This document shows, in pieces, positions 41,081 through 51,700 of a stretch of 64,000 nucleotides of DNA. The notes under the pieces were generated by a model. It was not told where the DNA came from. It did not search any database and was given only the letters and a program-made list of their open reading frames with translations. This DNA comes from an uncultured Rickettsiales bacterium. GTDB taxonomy: Bacteria > Pseudomonadota > Alphaproteobacteria > Rickettsiales > UBA1997. The stretch is taken from positions 10,445-74,444 of the forward strand of contig CALXSG010000004.1 in the NCBI GenBank assembly GCA_944391075.1, written 5' to 3'. The stretch's first letter is position 1. Every line of letters begins with the position of its first letter. The position numbers were made by a program, and so were the translations under genes.

Positions 41081-41743
41081 TTATTTTTTTGCTTCTGTTG
41101 TAGCTGCTGCATCAGTTGTAGCTGTTGCAGTTGCATCAGTTGTAGCTGCTGCTTGTTGTACAGTGTCATCTGTTGATTTTCCTCTACCTGTAACAGTAAC
41201 TACATTAAAGTTTGTTTTATCAACAACTTTTACATTATCAGGTAATTTTACATCATTGATTTTAATTTTACTACCAATGTGCATTGAATCAACATAAACA
41301 TCTATTGAAGCTGGAATATTCATTGGGTCAACATAAAGTTGAATCTTTCTTTTTAAAATATTTAAGAAACCACCTCTTTTTAAACCAGGAGCTTTTTCTT
41401 TACCAATAAAGTTTACAGGAACATAAACTTTAACTTCTTTTTTATCTTTAATATTAATAAAATCTACATGTCTTGGCAAATCTGTAAGTGGATCAATATC
41501 AATTTGATATGTTAAAACTTGATATTTTTTACCATCAACTGTTAATTCAATAGGCTTTATTTCAATATTTCCTTTTAAATATTCTTTATCAAAATCTTTT
41601 TTTGCAATAGAAATATATAAGTTATCACTGCCATTTGTGCCATAAATAACAGCAGGTGTATAACCTTCTTTTCTTAATCTATTAGTATTACTAGAACCTA
41701 AATCTTTTCTAATGCTACCATTTAAAGTTAAAAATTCAACCAT
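41081..41743 (-). CDS. rplY: 50S ribosomal protein L25/general stress protein Ctc with low-complexity Ala/Thr tail
   Basis: RKDLGSSNTNRLRKEGYTPAVIYG; HVDFINIKDKKEVKVYVPVNF. Confidence 0.93.
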   Translation of the reverse strand: MVEFLTLNGSIRKDLGSSNTNRLRKEGYTPAVIYGTNGSDNLYISIAKKDFDKEYLKGNIEIKPIELTVDGKKYQVLTYQIDIDPLTDLPRHVDFINIKDKKEVKVYVPVNFIGKEKAPGLKRGGFLNILKRKIQLYVDPMNIPASIDVYVDSMHIGSKIKINDVKLPDNVKVVDKTNFNVVTVTGRGKSTDDTVQQAAATTDATATATTDAAATTEAKK

Positions 41744-41810
41744 TTTACTCTCACATTTTTTTTAATAAAATAATAAATATACTAATTAAATACAATTAGT
41801 ATTAGCTGTT

Positions 41811-42362
41811 TTATTTTTCTTCTTTTTCAGTATTTTTCTTTACTTCTTCAATAATTTGATTAAATAAAGATTGACTGCAAAGACCTAATAAAACAGGATC
41901 TCTAGGTGTTATCTCTTTAATATTCCAATGAGTTCTATTCCTAATAGAATCAATCATTGTAGTTGTGGTACCAATTAATTTTCTAATTTGTGCGTCAGTA
42001 ATATCAGGATAATATTTTAAAAGATAAGCGATACCATTTGGTTTATCACTTCTTCTTGCAATTGGTGTATATTTTCCTTTCTTTTTACTGGTTACTTCAA
42101 CTGTTTCTGAAATTTGTTCTTTTAATTCTAATTGTTTATTAGGATCTTTCTCACAAGCTTCAATCATTTCTCTTGTTAATTGGCCATTATCAATAGGACT
42201 TTGTCCAATAATACCACCAGCAACATCACCATCAGCAATACCTTGCACTTCAAGTTCATGCATACCACAAAAATTAGCAATCTGCTCAAAAGTTAATGAT
42301 GTATTATCAACTAACCATACAGCAGCTGCTTTTCTCATTAAAGGTAATTTACTTCCACTCAT
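41811..42362 (-). CDS. DUF1013/TrcR-family cell-cycle transcriptional regulator
   Basis: LPLMRKAAAVWLVDNTSLTFEQIANFCGMHELEVQGIADGDVAGGI, characteristic of the alphaproteobacterial family. Confidence 0.88.
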   Translation of the reverse strand: MSGSKLPLMRKAAAVWLVDNTSLTFEQIANFCGMHELEVQGIADGDVAGGIIGQSPIDNGQLTREMIEACEKDPNKQLELKEQISETVEVTSKKKGKYTPIARRSDKPNGIAYLLKYYPDITDAQIRKLIGTTTTMIDSIRNRTHWNIKEITPRDPVLLGLCSQSLFNQIIEEVKKNTEKEEK

Positions 42363-42492
42363 ACTCTCTCTTTTATATAATTCAATAACTTATTAAAAGC
42401 TAATAGCTAATAATATTTAAGTCAACAAAAATTAAAACTTTTTCAACTAATTTAATTTATATAATACTTTTTAAAATATGCAACAAATAAAT

Positions 42493-43986
42493 CTAAATAG
42501 CTAAATTAAAATCACATTCAAAATCATTAAATACTGAGAAATAATCAATCATTAATGAAATGATATTATAATAGCTATTAACCAATGCAACTTCTGACTC
42601 AAATAAAGAATCTTCATCTTGTATTAATTCACTCAAAGCAATTCTACCTTGATTATATTTTGTTCTCATACTTTCAACTCTAATTGTCAAGTTGTCTCTA
42701 TAAGCCTTTTGATCTTCCATAACATTGATTAAGTTTTGCATTGATATCGCAAAATAATTATGGAAAGAAACTAAATTTGACATAATCTCTTTCTTTTCAG
42801 CATTGTGTTGCATTTTTAATATTTTCATTTGATTTTCTTTTGTATCACTATAAGCACTACCAAAAGGAACAGAAATATTTAAACCAATGCTATAATCTTT
42901 TTGTTCAGCATTACTCATATCATCAAAAGAATCACTGTTTTCTTTTCCATAACCTAATGATGCGGCACTTGCTTCCAATTTTACATCAGCATCAGAATAT
43001 CTTTCTAAGGCTTTTAAATTTGCATTAATTTTTTCATCTTTGTAATTAATAATCTTAGTATAAGATGTTAAATTTAAAGGTGTTTCTTTTTGATTTTTAA
43101 TTTTCTTATAACAAGCCTTTATACTATTTTCAACACCATCAAAGGTACCAAAATCAAATTCTAATTTTTTACCATTCAATTCTGGAATTAAATTAGATAA
43201 TTCCCTCTTTATATTTTCCATACTATATTTTAAAGAAGAAAGATTAGCCTTTCTAGTATTAACAACAGCCGCTGCCCTAGCGAGATCACCTCTATCAGCA
43301 ACAGAAGCTTTATACATCTTTCTAACATTATCTTCTTGTAAAATAGCTTGTTTAATCAATCTATCATAAATCTTTGTAAGTGTATTATCAATACTTAATT
43401 TCCAATACATTTTTCTAATTTCATTATAGAATTTTGTGGTTTCAAGTTTAGCTTGTTCTTTTGTCTCTTCTTGATTAAATTTTAGTCCTAATTTTTCAGC
43501 TCTTTCTGTATAACCTAATAAGTTTTTCCATAAATCAACAGTTAATTTAGCTTCTAAACTAGAATCATATTGAGAATTTATATTTTCCCCTGGTTGATAA
43601 TTATATGTTTTTGCAAAATTATTATAAATTCCAACATTAAGATTCATACCAACAGGTAGGTTTTGATTTACACTTAAACCATAATTTCTAGCTGGATCAT
43701 CAAATTGTCCTTGATAACCATTAAATACATCACCGCTTACACCATTGTAATTTGCTTGACCATTTACAGTTGTACTATATTTTTGATTATATTGTGTTAA
43801 ATCTAAATCGGATTGAACAACCATTGCATTAATCTTCTCAATAGAAGGAACGTTGTTTGTCATTAACTCTTTTAATTTTTGTTCATTAATGACTACTTTT
43901 TCCTGTGCTAAAACAAATGCAGGACTTAACAAAATTGCCGCTAATATTTTTTTATTCATTTCCATTAAAAAAGTTTTTACTAACAA
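42493..43986 (-). CDS. TolC-family outer membrane protein
   Basis: Signal peptide, long helical repeats, SIGLNISVPFGSAYSDTKENQMKI, ALSELIQDEDSLFESEVALVNSYYN. Confidence 0.8.
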   Translation of the reverse strand: MLVKTFLMEMNKKILAAILLSPAFVLAQEKVVINEQKLKELMTNNVPSIEKINAMVVQSDLDLTQYNQKYSTTVNGQANYNGVSGDVFNGYQGQFDDPARNYGLSVNQNLPVGMNLNVGIYNNFAKTYNYQPGENINSQYDSSLEAKLTVDLWKNLLGYTERAEKLGLKFNQEETKEQAKLETTKFYNEIRKMYWKLSIDNTLTKIYDRLIKQAILQEDNVRKMYKASVADRGDLARAAAVVNTRKANLSSLKYSMENIKRELSNLIPELNGKKLEFDFGTFDGVENSIKACYKKIKNQKETPLNLTSYTKIINYKDEKINANLKALERYSDADVKLEASAASLGYGKENSDSFDDMSNAEQKDYSIGLNISVPFGSAYSDTKENQMKILKMQHNAEKKEIMSNLVSFHNYFAISMQNLINVMEDQKAYRDNLTIRVESMRTKYNQGRIALSELIQDEDSLFESEVALVNSYYNIISLMIDYFSVFNDFECDFNLAI

Positions 43987-44103
43987 ATAACATTATAGAA
44001 TTGATTATTTAATAAAATCAAGTTTTTATTTTATAAATAAAATTTTAAATCAACTATTAAAATTTAAAGGATAACGGGAAAAATAAAATTTTTCCCATTG
44101 TAT

Positions 44104-44817
44104 TTAGTCATTGCTTATTATAGTATATTTTCCTTCGCCTTTAATGGCATTTAAGAAAGCATCTTGTTCGGAAATTTTGAATACTAAAATTGGCATATTG
44201 TTATCTCTTGCCAATGTTAAAGCTGTTGGATCCATAACTCTTAAATCTCTTTTAATTGCTTCATCAAATGAAATTTTATCAAATCTAACTGCATCAGGGT
44301 ATTTTTTTGGATCTTTATCATAAACACCATCAACTTGTGTGCCTTTTAAAATAACATCACATCTCATTTCGGTTGCTCTTAAAACAGAAGCTGTATCAGT
44401 AGTAAAATATGGATTACCTGTACCGGCAACAAAAATATTAATTCGTCCTTTTTCTAAATGACTTAAAGCTCTTCTTAAAGTATAGGTTTCACAAACACCA
44501 GTCATATCAAGTGCTGACATCATTCTAGCTTCTACACCGTATTTCTCAATACCAGCTTGTAAAGCAATACCATTCATAACAGTTGCTAACATACCCATAT
44601 AATCGGCACTAGCTCTGTCCATTATTTCACTAGTAGCAGAAACACCCCTAAAAATATTCCCACCACCAACTACAACAGAAATTTCAGCACCAGCTTTGTG
44701 TATACTAACAATTTCTTCACAAGTCTTTTTAATAGCATTCATATCATGTCCAAATGGTTTATCACCCATTAATGATTCACCTGATACTTTAAACAAAACT
44801 CTTTTATATTTTAACAT
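44104..44817 (-). CDS. pyrH: UMP kinase
   Basis: YKRVLFKVSGESLMG, VVGGGNIFRG, DADAIVV-like YFTTDTASVLRATEM. Confidence 0.97.
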   Translation of the reverse strand: MLKYKRVLFKVSGESLMGDKPFGHDMNAIKKTCEEIVSIHKAGAEISVVVGGGNIFRGVSATSEIMDRASADYMGMLATVMNGIALQAGIEKYGVEARMMSALDMTGVCETYTLRRALSHLEKGRINIFVAGTGNPYFTTDTASVLRATEMRCDVILKGTQVDGVYDKDPKKYPDAVRFDKISFDEAIKRDLRVMDPTALTLARDNNMPILVFKISEQDAFLNAIKGEGKYTIISND

Positions 44818-44874
44818 TTTGCCCCTTTTTTTAATTATTAAAAAAGAAGTAGTTTTAACTACTTCTTTAAAAAA

Positions 44875-45813
44875 TTAAGCTTTATTAACCATTGACGCAA
44901 CTTCGTCTGCGAAATCGGCTGTTTGCTTTTCTATACCTTCACCTAAAACGAAGAATACATATTCTTGAATTTCAACTTTCTTTCCTGTTTCTTTTTCAAA
45001 ATCTTTTAAAAGATCAGAAATCTTTTTGTTGCCATCCATAATGTATGCTTGATTTAAAAGTACATTTTCTTCATAATACTTTTTAACTCTACCTTCAACC
45101 ATTTTTTCAACAATATTATCTGGTTTACCTGACTTCTTAGCTAATTCTCTTGCGATTTCTTTTTCAGAATCAATTTTAGTAGCAGGAACATCAGCTTCTG
45201 TTAAAAATTCAGGTTTTGTAGCAGCAATATGCATTGCAATACCTTTTCCTAATTCTTCTAATTTATCTTGTGAAGCATCGGATTTTAAAGCAACTAATAC
45301 ACCAATTTTTCCAAGTCCAGGAGCTATTGCTGTGTGAACATAAGAAACAATTAAACCATTATCAACAGTAATCGTTTTTCCTCTTCTAATTTGTAAATTT
45401 TCACCAATTGTAGCAACAGCATTAGCAACTATATCAGAAACAACTTCATTACATTTTTCACATTTTGAAGATTTTAATGTTTCTGCAAACTTATATGTAT
45501 CATCTTCTTTAATATTTAAAGAAATTTTTAATAAGTTCTTAACTAAATCTTGGAATTTTTCGTTTCTAGCAACAAAATCTGTTTCTGAGTTTACTTCAAG
45601 TATTGTTGCTTTTTTGCCATCATTTTCAATACCAACAACACCTTCTGCTGTAACTCTAGAACTTTTTTTAGCTGCGGATGATAAACCTTTTTTTCTTAAC
45701 CATTCAACAGCCTTTTCGTAGTCATCATTATTTTCTTTTAAAGCTTTATTACAGTCAGCCATACCACAGCCTGTATTTTCTCTAAGCTTTTTAATTAAAT
45801 CTGCATTTGCCAT
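44875..45813 (-). CDS. tsf: Elongation factor Ts
   Basis: LIKKLRENTGCGMADCNKALKE, NSETDFVARN. Confidence 0.98.
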   Translation of the reverse strand: MANADLIKKLRENTGCGMADCNKALKENNDDYEKAVEWLRKKGLSSAAKKSSRVTAEGVVGIENDGKKATILEVNSETDFVARNEKFQDLVKNLLKISLNIKEDDTYKFAETLKSSKCEKCNEVVSDIVANAVATIGENLQIRRGKTITVDNGLIVSYVHTAIAPGLGKIGVLVALKSDASQDKLEELGKGIAMHIAATKPEFLTEADVPATKIDSEKEIARELAKKSGKPDNIVEKMVEGRVKKYYEENVLLNQAYIMDGNKKISDLLKDFEKETGKKVEIQEYVFFVLGEGIEKQTADFADEVASMVNKA

Positions 45814-45904
45814 TTTTATCCTTTTTTTTGTTTTGTATTAATATAAATATTATATGTTTGTTAATTGTTGAAGGAAATAAGTACTTATTTCCTTCTTTTA
45901 ATTA

Positions 45905-46906
45905 TTATTCAGCTTTATCTTCAACAACAGCTGGAGCCTTTGCTTCTTCTTTAACAGCAGGAGCTTTTGTTTCTTTCTTTACAGCTGGAGCTTTTGCTTC
46001 TTTTTTTGCAACAGGTAATTTATCACCTTTTTTTGATTTATTTAAAGCTTTACTTGGTTTTTTTGATGAAGTTTTTTTAGCTTCTTTTTTAACTTCTTTT
46101 TTAATTACTGGTGCATTTTCTAAAGCATCTTTTAAAGCTTCTTCAATAACTTTCATGTATAATTTAATAGCTTTAATAGAGTCATCGTTTCCTGGAATTG
46201 GATAATCAATATTGTCAGGATCTGAATTTGTATCAACAATAGCCATTACAGGAATACCTAAACTTTTAGCTTCAGCAATAGAAAGAGTTTCTCTTGGAGT
46301 ATCAACTACAAAAATCAAGTCAGGTAATTTTGACATGTCTTTGATACCACCTAATTGTTTTTCTAACTTATCTTTTTTTCTACTTAACATTAATTTTTCT
46401 TTTTTTGTTAAAGTAGAATTTTCGTCAGCTAATTCGTTTTCAATTTCTTTTAATGTTTTTATAGATCTAGAAATTGTTTTCCAGTTTGTTAACATACCAC
46501 CTAACCATTTGTTGGTAACGTAGTATTGTTTACAATCAACAGCAACTTCCTTAACAGTTTCTGCACCTTGTTTTTTTGTACAAACAAACAAAATTTTACC
46601 ATTTCTTTTTACAATTTCTCTCAAAATTTTTGAAGCCTCAGCAAGTAAAATTGCACTTTGTGTTAAGTCAATAATATGCAATTCATTTTTAACACCATAG
46701 ATATATGGAGCCATTTTTGCATTCCATCTAGATGTTCTGTGTCCAAAATGAACACCTGCTTCTAACATTTCTCTAATTGTAAAATGTGGTTCAAACTCTT
46801 TGTTTTCTTTTGTATTTTCAACATTTTCTTGTTGATTTTCTAAGGTTTCGTTTTGTTCTACTGTATTTTCCAGAACTTCACCTTGTTCTTTTGTCATTTC
46901 TGTCAT
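45905..46906 (-). CDS. rpsB: 30S ribosomal protein S2 with Lys/Ala-rich repetitive C-terminal extension
   Basis: LEAGVHFGHRTSRWNAKMAPYIYG; C-terminal KKEAKAPAVKKETKAPAVKEEAKAPAV. Confidence 0.96.
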   Translation of the reverse strand: MTEMTKEQGEVLENTVEQNETLENQQENVENTKENKEFEPHFTIREMLEAGVHFGHRTSRWNAKMAPYIYGVKNELHIIDLTQSAILLAEASKILREIVKRNGKILFVCTKKQGAETVKEVAVDCKQYYVTNKWLGGMLTNWKTISRSIKTLKEIENELADENSTLTKKEKLMLSRKKDKLEKQLGGIKDMSKLPDLIFVVDTPRETLSIAEAKSLGIPVMAIVDTNSDPDNIDYPIPGNDDSIKAIKLYMKVIEEALKDALENAPVIKKEVKKEAKKTSSKKPSKALNKSKKGDKLPVAKKEAKAPAVKKETKAPAVKEEAKAPAVVEDKAE

Positions 46907-46936
46907 AATTTTTTCCTTTTCTTTGGTTATACCACC

Positions 46937-46980
46937 ATCAGCTCAATATCTATATAAATAGACACCAAAGTTTGGCTGAT
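46937..46980 (-). promoter_or_regulatory. Candidate structured leader of rpsB
   Basis: ATCAGC(46937-46942)...GCTGAT(46975-46980) inverted repeat with an internal TCTAT/ATAGA stem, upstream of rpsB. Confidence 0.4.
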
Positions 46981-47154
46981 TGTGATTTATTATTAATAAT
47001 ATTAAATGAACTAATCAAAAATTAATTCACTACAAATATAATATATATAATATTTATTTTGCAAGAGTTTTTTATATTTTATAAATCTTATATATTAATT
47101 TAGATTTACTATATAATTTAAGGGCCTTTAAAAGCCCTTAAATAACTAAATTTA

Positions 47155-49332
47155 TTATAAACCTAATAACTTCTTAAACCAACTTTTCTTTTTCTTCTTA
47201 TTCTTATTATTATTGTTATTATAATTAAATTTATTATATCTATTATATTGTTTCTTATTAATTCTCTTAGGTGATTTTTCATTTGGTTCATAAATTTCTT
47301 CATCAAATTTATATTTTTTAATATCAGCATTACTTACTGAATATGATTCATCATCAAAACTCAAATTTACTTTACCAACTTTTTGTTGAGGTTCCAATTC
47401 TCTTTTTTCTTCAGGAGTTAAACCTTTTCTCTTTTTAAGAGTATAATTATTGTCCTCCATATGTTCGTTAACTTCAACAAAAACATAAATACCGTAATCT
47501 TTTTCAATATTATTAATTTCTCTTCTCTTAAAATTCAATAGATAATCACATAAATCTAATGTAGTTTCAACAACAACAACATTTATTTGCTTATCATTAG
47601 ATGCATATTTAATAGCTCTTAAAATACTAAGTGCTACAATTTCTTTTGATTTAATTTTACCTTTTCCACTACATCGTGGGCAAACTTCACTACTTCTTTC
47701 CATAAAACTTGCACCAAGTCTTTGTCTAGAAAGTTCCATTAAACCAAAAATACTAAGTCTAGCAATTTGAATTCTAGCTCTATCTGTTGACATAGCATCT
47801 CTCATTGCCTTTTCAACTATTCGTCTGTTTTTTAATTCAAACATATCAATATAGTCAATAACAACTAAACCACCTAAATCTCTAAGTTTTAATTGTCTAG
47901 CAATTTCCTTTGCCGCCTCAACATTTGTAGCAACAGCCATTTCTTCAACACTCTTCTCTTTTGTAGCTTTTCCAGAGTTAACATCAATTGCAACTAATGC
48001 TTCTGTTTGATCTATAACGATAGAACCACCAGAAGGAAGATTTACTTTATTATTATATAATTCTAACAATTGATTTTCAATATTATATGACTGAAATAAA
48101 GGAACTTTATCAGTATGTAATTTAACAACAGGATTTTTAGTTGTCGATATAATTTTAGCTAAACTAGCAACAGATTTAAATGTATCTTCACCTTCTACTA
48201 CAATCTCATCAATATCATCAGTATATAAATCTCTAATTGTTTTTTTAATAATATCATCCTCAGCATGAATAAAAGCTGGTGCTTTTGATTCTAACGTAGT
48301 TTCTTTAATCGTCTTCCATAACCTAATAAGATATAAATAATCCTTTAAAATATCCTCAGGTTTTTTACCAACACCTGCTGTTCTTAAAATTATTGATTTA
48401 TCTTCTGAAACCTTTAAACTTCTTAAAATACTTTTTAAGATTTTTCTATCATTAATATTGGTAATTTTTTTAGAAACGCCACCTCTTCCTGGTGTATTAA
48501 CCATAAGAACACAATATTTTCCGGCAATAGAAATATATGTTGTCATTGCAACACCTTTATTGCCCCTTTCTTCTTTCAATACTTGTACTAAAAGATATTG
48601 TCCTTCTTTAATAACATCTTCAATTTTATATTGAGGTTCAACAACATTATTATTTGTAATGTCGGTTTCTTCATCAACAGAATAATTAGGTATAATATCT
48701 ACATCACTATCTTCATTATTATTTGATAAATTATCATCTAATACTTCATCAGTGTTTTCAATAGATATATTGCCTTCATCTTTATTAACAATATTATTTA
48801 AAGTATTGTCGTCAAGTTGCTCATTTTCAGCATTTACTAAAATAGTTTCACTATTAGAATCGGTTACAAAAACACCATCAGCTTGAATATTATTATTATC
48901 AAGACTTTCTACATTTGTGTTTTCTAAATTATCAATATTCTCTTCACTATTTTTATCTAACTCTTCAACTTTTTCTTCTTCTTCAATATTATTTAATTCA
49001 TCATTCGTTTGAAAAAATTTAACCTCTTTTAAATTTTTGATCTCGCTTTTAGGAATATTATAATAGTCTGGATGTATATCTGAAAAAGGTAAAAAACCAT
49101 GTCTATCACCACCATAATCTATAAAAGCTGCTTGTAATGAAGGTTCGATTCTGGTTACCTTAGCTAAATATATATTACCTTTCAATTGTTTAAAATTAAA
49201 ATCTTCTCTATCATAATTCTGTAAAACATTATCTTCTACTAATGCTACCCTTGTTTCTTCCTTAAACGCACCATCTATCAAAATCTTTTTACTCATTTCT
49301 CTCCCTACTTTAAACATTGCATTATAATACAA
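47155..49332 (-). CDS. rne: Ribonuclease E/G family protein with acidic insertion within the S1 domain
   Basis: AAFIDYGGDRHGFLPFSDI, ALVAIDVNSGKATKE, CPRCSGKGKIKS. Confidence 0.93.
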   Translation of the reverse strand: MYYNAMFKVGREMSKKILIDGAFKEETRVALVEDNVLQNYDREDFNFKQLKGNIYLAKVTRIEPSLQAAFIDYGGDRHGFLPFSDIHPDYYNIPKSEIKNLKEVKFFQTNDELNNIEEEEKVEELDKNSEENIDNLENTNVESLDNNNIQADGVFVTDSNSETILVNAENEQLDDNTLNNIVNKDEGNISIENTDEVLDDNLSNNNEDSDVDIIPNYSVDEETDITNNNVVEPQYKIEDVIKEGQYLLVQVLKEERGNKGVAMTTYISIAGKYCVLMVNTPGRGGVSKKITNINDRKILKSILRSLKVSEDKSIILRTAGVGKKPEDILKDYLYLIRLWKTIKETTLESKAPAFIHAEDDIIKKTIRDLYTDDIDEIVVEGEDTFKSVASLAKIISTTKNPVVKLHTDKVPLFQSYNIENQLLELYNNKVNLPSGGSIVIDQTEALVAIDVNSGKATKEKSVEEMAVATNVEAAKEIARQLKLRDLGGLVVIDYIDMFELKNRRIVEKAMRDAMSTDRARIQIARLSIFGLMELSRQRLGASFMERSSEVCPRCSGKGKIKSKEIVALSILRAIKYASNDKQINVVVVETTLDLCDYLLNFKRREINNIEKDYGIYVFVEVNEHMEDNNYTLKKRKGLTPEEKRELEPQQKVGKVNLSFDDESYSVSNADIKKYKFDEEIYEPNEKSPKRINKKQYNRYNKFNYNNNNNKNKKKKKSWFKKLLGL

Positions 49333-49655
49333 TATTTGGTCTGTTCAATATATTAACAAAAATACAACAAAAAATTCTCTATTTATTCATATTTGGTCAT
49401 ATTAAACCAATACCAAACGTTTATTTGCAATGCCATTAATAAAATTCAAATTCTCTAAGCTTTATTGCTATAATATTGCAAATAAATACATAAAAAGTAT
49501 ATTTTAAAATATACTTAATAAAGATTATAACCTTTTATTAAAAAAACAAGAGTTTAAAAAAATATTTTTAAACTATTATTTAAATAATTTTATAGGTATA
49601 ATATAAAGTAAATATTATAAATTTTTGTACTTCAATTATACCTATAAGAGTTATA

Positions 49656-50720
49656 TTAATCAGTAAAATTTTTTAATAATTCAACATCTTTTTGTAAATC
49701 TTCCTTTGCTTTATTAAATTGTTCCTTTTCACTATCTTCAACAAAATAATCTTTTATAGGAGTTAACTTTTCACTTGAAATTTTTACAGGAATAGATATT
49801 TCATCATATATCTTTACACCATATAATTTTGCTACATCTTCATTATTAATTAAAATATTACATACTGATTCAAGTTCTTCTTTTTCTCCAATATAAGCTA
49901 ATACAATATCGCTAATAGTTTTTGATGGCGCAACAAATGAACCATAAACTTTTAATGGAATTTCAGAACCTAATTTATTCAATATTGAAATATGCATACC
50001 CATATCTCTTGTTTCTTGCAAACAAGATTCAATTACCTTTTTACCTTCATCACTATCTAAAAATTCGTCAACTTCTTTTATATTGGTTTTTAATGTACTA
50101 TTTAAAATAAACATAGAATTATTGTGATAACCAACTATTTTTGCTTGTATATCTGTTTTTTTAAGAAAAGTAAATTTATCTTTTAAAGCATTATATAAAC
50201 AATAGCACAATCTAGCAGAATCAAGCGAATTTCCAATACCTATAACTTTTTGTGTTTTGCCTAAAATTGATCTCATTATACTTGTTATTATATCAACTTG
50301 ATTAGTAATCACTACAACAAAACTATTAGGAGCATATTTTTTTATATTCTCACCAATACCTTTTATCATATCTAAATTAACTTTGCAAGTTATAAGCCTT
50401 CCTGTGTTATCAAATTTTTTAAATTCTTCCTCTTCTTCTGGTGTAGCACTTTTAGATGCTGTAATAATAACTACATCGGCATTTTGAATTGATGTATAAT
50501 CTTGAGTAATGGAAAATTTAATATCTTTTATTTTATTAGAAATTAAAAATAAGCTATTTTCTAAATCTAATAAAAAACCTTTCATTTTATTTAAACTTGT
50601 TTCTTTATTTGAAACCAATAAAATAATTTCAATTTCATTATTATTCACACTATTACATATATTTTTAAGGACTTCCTGTCCTATTCTTCCATTAGCCCCA
50701 ATTATTGCAATTTTTTTCAT
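49656..50720 (-). CDS. Lactate/malate dehydrogenase family protein
   Basis: IAIIGANGRIGQEV, ADVVIITASKSATP, GIGNSLDSARL. Confidence 0.85.
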   Translation of the reverse strand: MKKIAIIGANGRIGQEVLKNICNSVNNNEIEIILLVSNKETSLNKMKGFLLDLENSLFLISNKIKDIKFSITQDYTSIQNADVVIITASKSATPEEEEEFKKFDNTGRLITCKVNLDMIKGIGENIKKYAPNSFVVVITNQVDIITSIMRSILGKTQKVIGIGNSLDSARLCYCLYNALKDKFTFLKKTDIQAKIVGYHNNSMFILNSTLKTNIKEVDEFLDSDEGKKVIESCLQETRDMGMHISILNKLGSEIPLKVYGSFVAPSKTISDIVLAYIGEKEELESVCNILINNEDVAKLYGVKIYDEISIPVKISSEKLTPIKDYFVEDSEKEQFNKAKEDLQKDVELLKNFTD

Positions 50721-50852
50721 ATTTTACCTATTATATTTATTATTTTATTAAAAGTATAAATATTTAATTTTATTTCACAATTCTTATTTATAAAAATATA
50801 GTGTTGAAAATTAATCAACACTATATTTATATTTATAACGAATCATTAATAA

Positions 50853-51620
50853 TTAAAATTCCAATATATCATTATTATGTGGAATTAATACATTTGACAA
50901 TTTTAAATTTTCTATATCTTGTCTTGTAGTTGTTAAGTGACTAACATTATCTAAATGACTAACTACTATGGCTGAATTTTTAGCAAAATTAGCTACCGCT
51001 TTTACATCATTATCATCCATAATAATTTTTTCATTATTTAATAACATCGCTCCACAAGCATTCACTACTATTATCTCCGGTTTGAATTTATTGATAGCTT
51101 GTTTAACTTCATCAACAAAAATTGTATCACCAGCAATATATAGTGTTTTTTCATTATTTGTTTTAAACACAACACCCATAGCATCATATGGCATACCTAT
51201 TGATTCACAAATAGGTTTTATAATTTCTCGTTTTCCATGCTGACAATCGGTTTTATATAATGTCGTACCAAAAATTTCAGTTCCATCATAGGACAAGATT
51301 TTAATATTATTAAAACCATACGATGAAATAATATCATAATCAGTTTTTGATTGGACAAAAAATGGAATATCTTTTTTGATTGCTTCTTCAGCATATTTAT
51401 CCCAATGATCTGGATGAAAATGAGTCAATATAACTGCATCTACATCAACTATTGTTTTTATATCAATAGGTAATTCCTCTCTTGGTTGTCTAATATGAGA
51501 ATTATATGCTCCTTCAAAGCCTGGCATATAGTCCTTTGGACCAAGCCATGGATCAATCAAAAATTTTTTGCCATTATATGTAACAATCAAAGTAGCATTT
51601 CTTATTTGATGTATTTTCAT
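50853..51620 (-). CDS. MBL-fold metal-dependent hydrolase (UPF0173-like)
   Basis: MKIHQIRNATLIVTYNGKKFLIDPWLG, LTHFHPDHWD. Confidence 0.85.
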   Translation of the reverse strand: MKIHQIRNATLIVTYNGKKFLIDPWLGPKDYMPGFEGAYNSHIRQPREELPIDIKTIVDVDAVILTHFHPDHWDKYAEEAIKKDIPFFVQSKTDYDIISSYGFNNIKILSYDGTEIFGTTLYKTDCQHGKREIIKPICESIGMPYDAMGVVFKTNNEKTLYIAGDTIFVDEVKQAINKFKPEIIVVNACGAMLLNNEKIIMDDNDVKAVANFAKNSAIVVSHLDNVSHLTTTRQDIENLKLSNVLIPHNNDILEF

Positions 51621-51700
51621 AATAAAACAAATTATTAATAGTATTATATATAGTCTATTCAAGAAGAATAATATTATTCTTCTTGAATATTTATTAAAAT

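Noticed and set aside
41086-41160. Ala/Thr repeat tail of L25
   Set aside because: Simple low-complexity coding tail, no independent signal
45920-46110. Lys/Ala/Pro-rich repeats at the S2 C-terminus as a novel system
   Set aside because: Low-complexity C-terminal extensions on S2 are known in alphaproteobacteria; treated as part of rpsB
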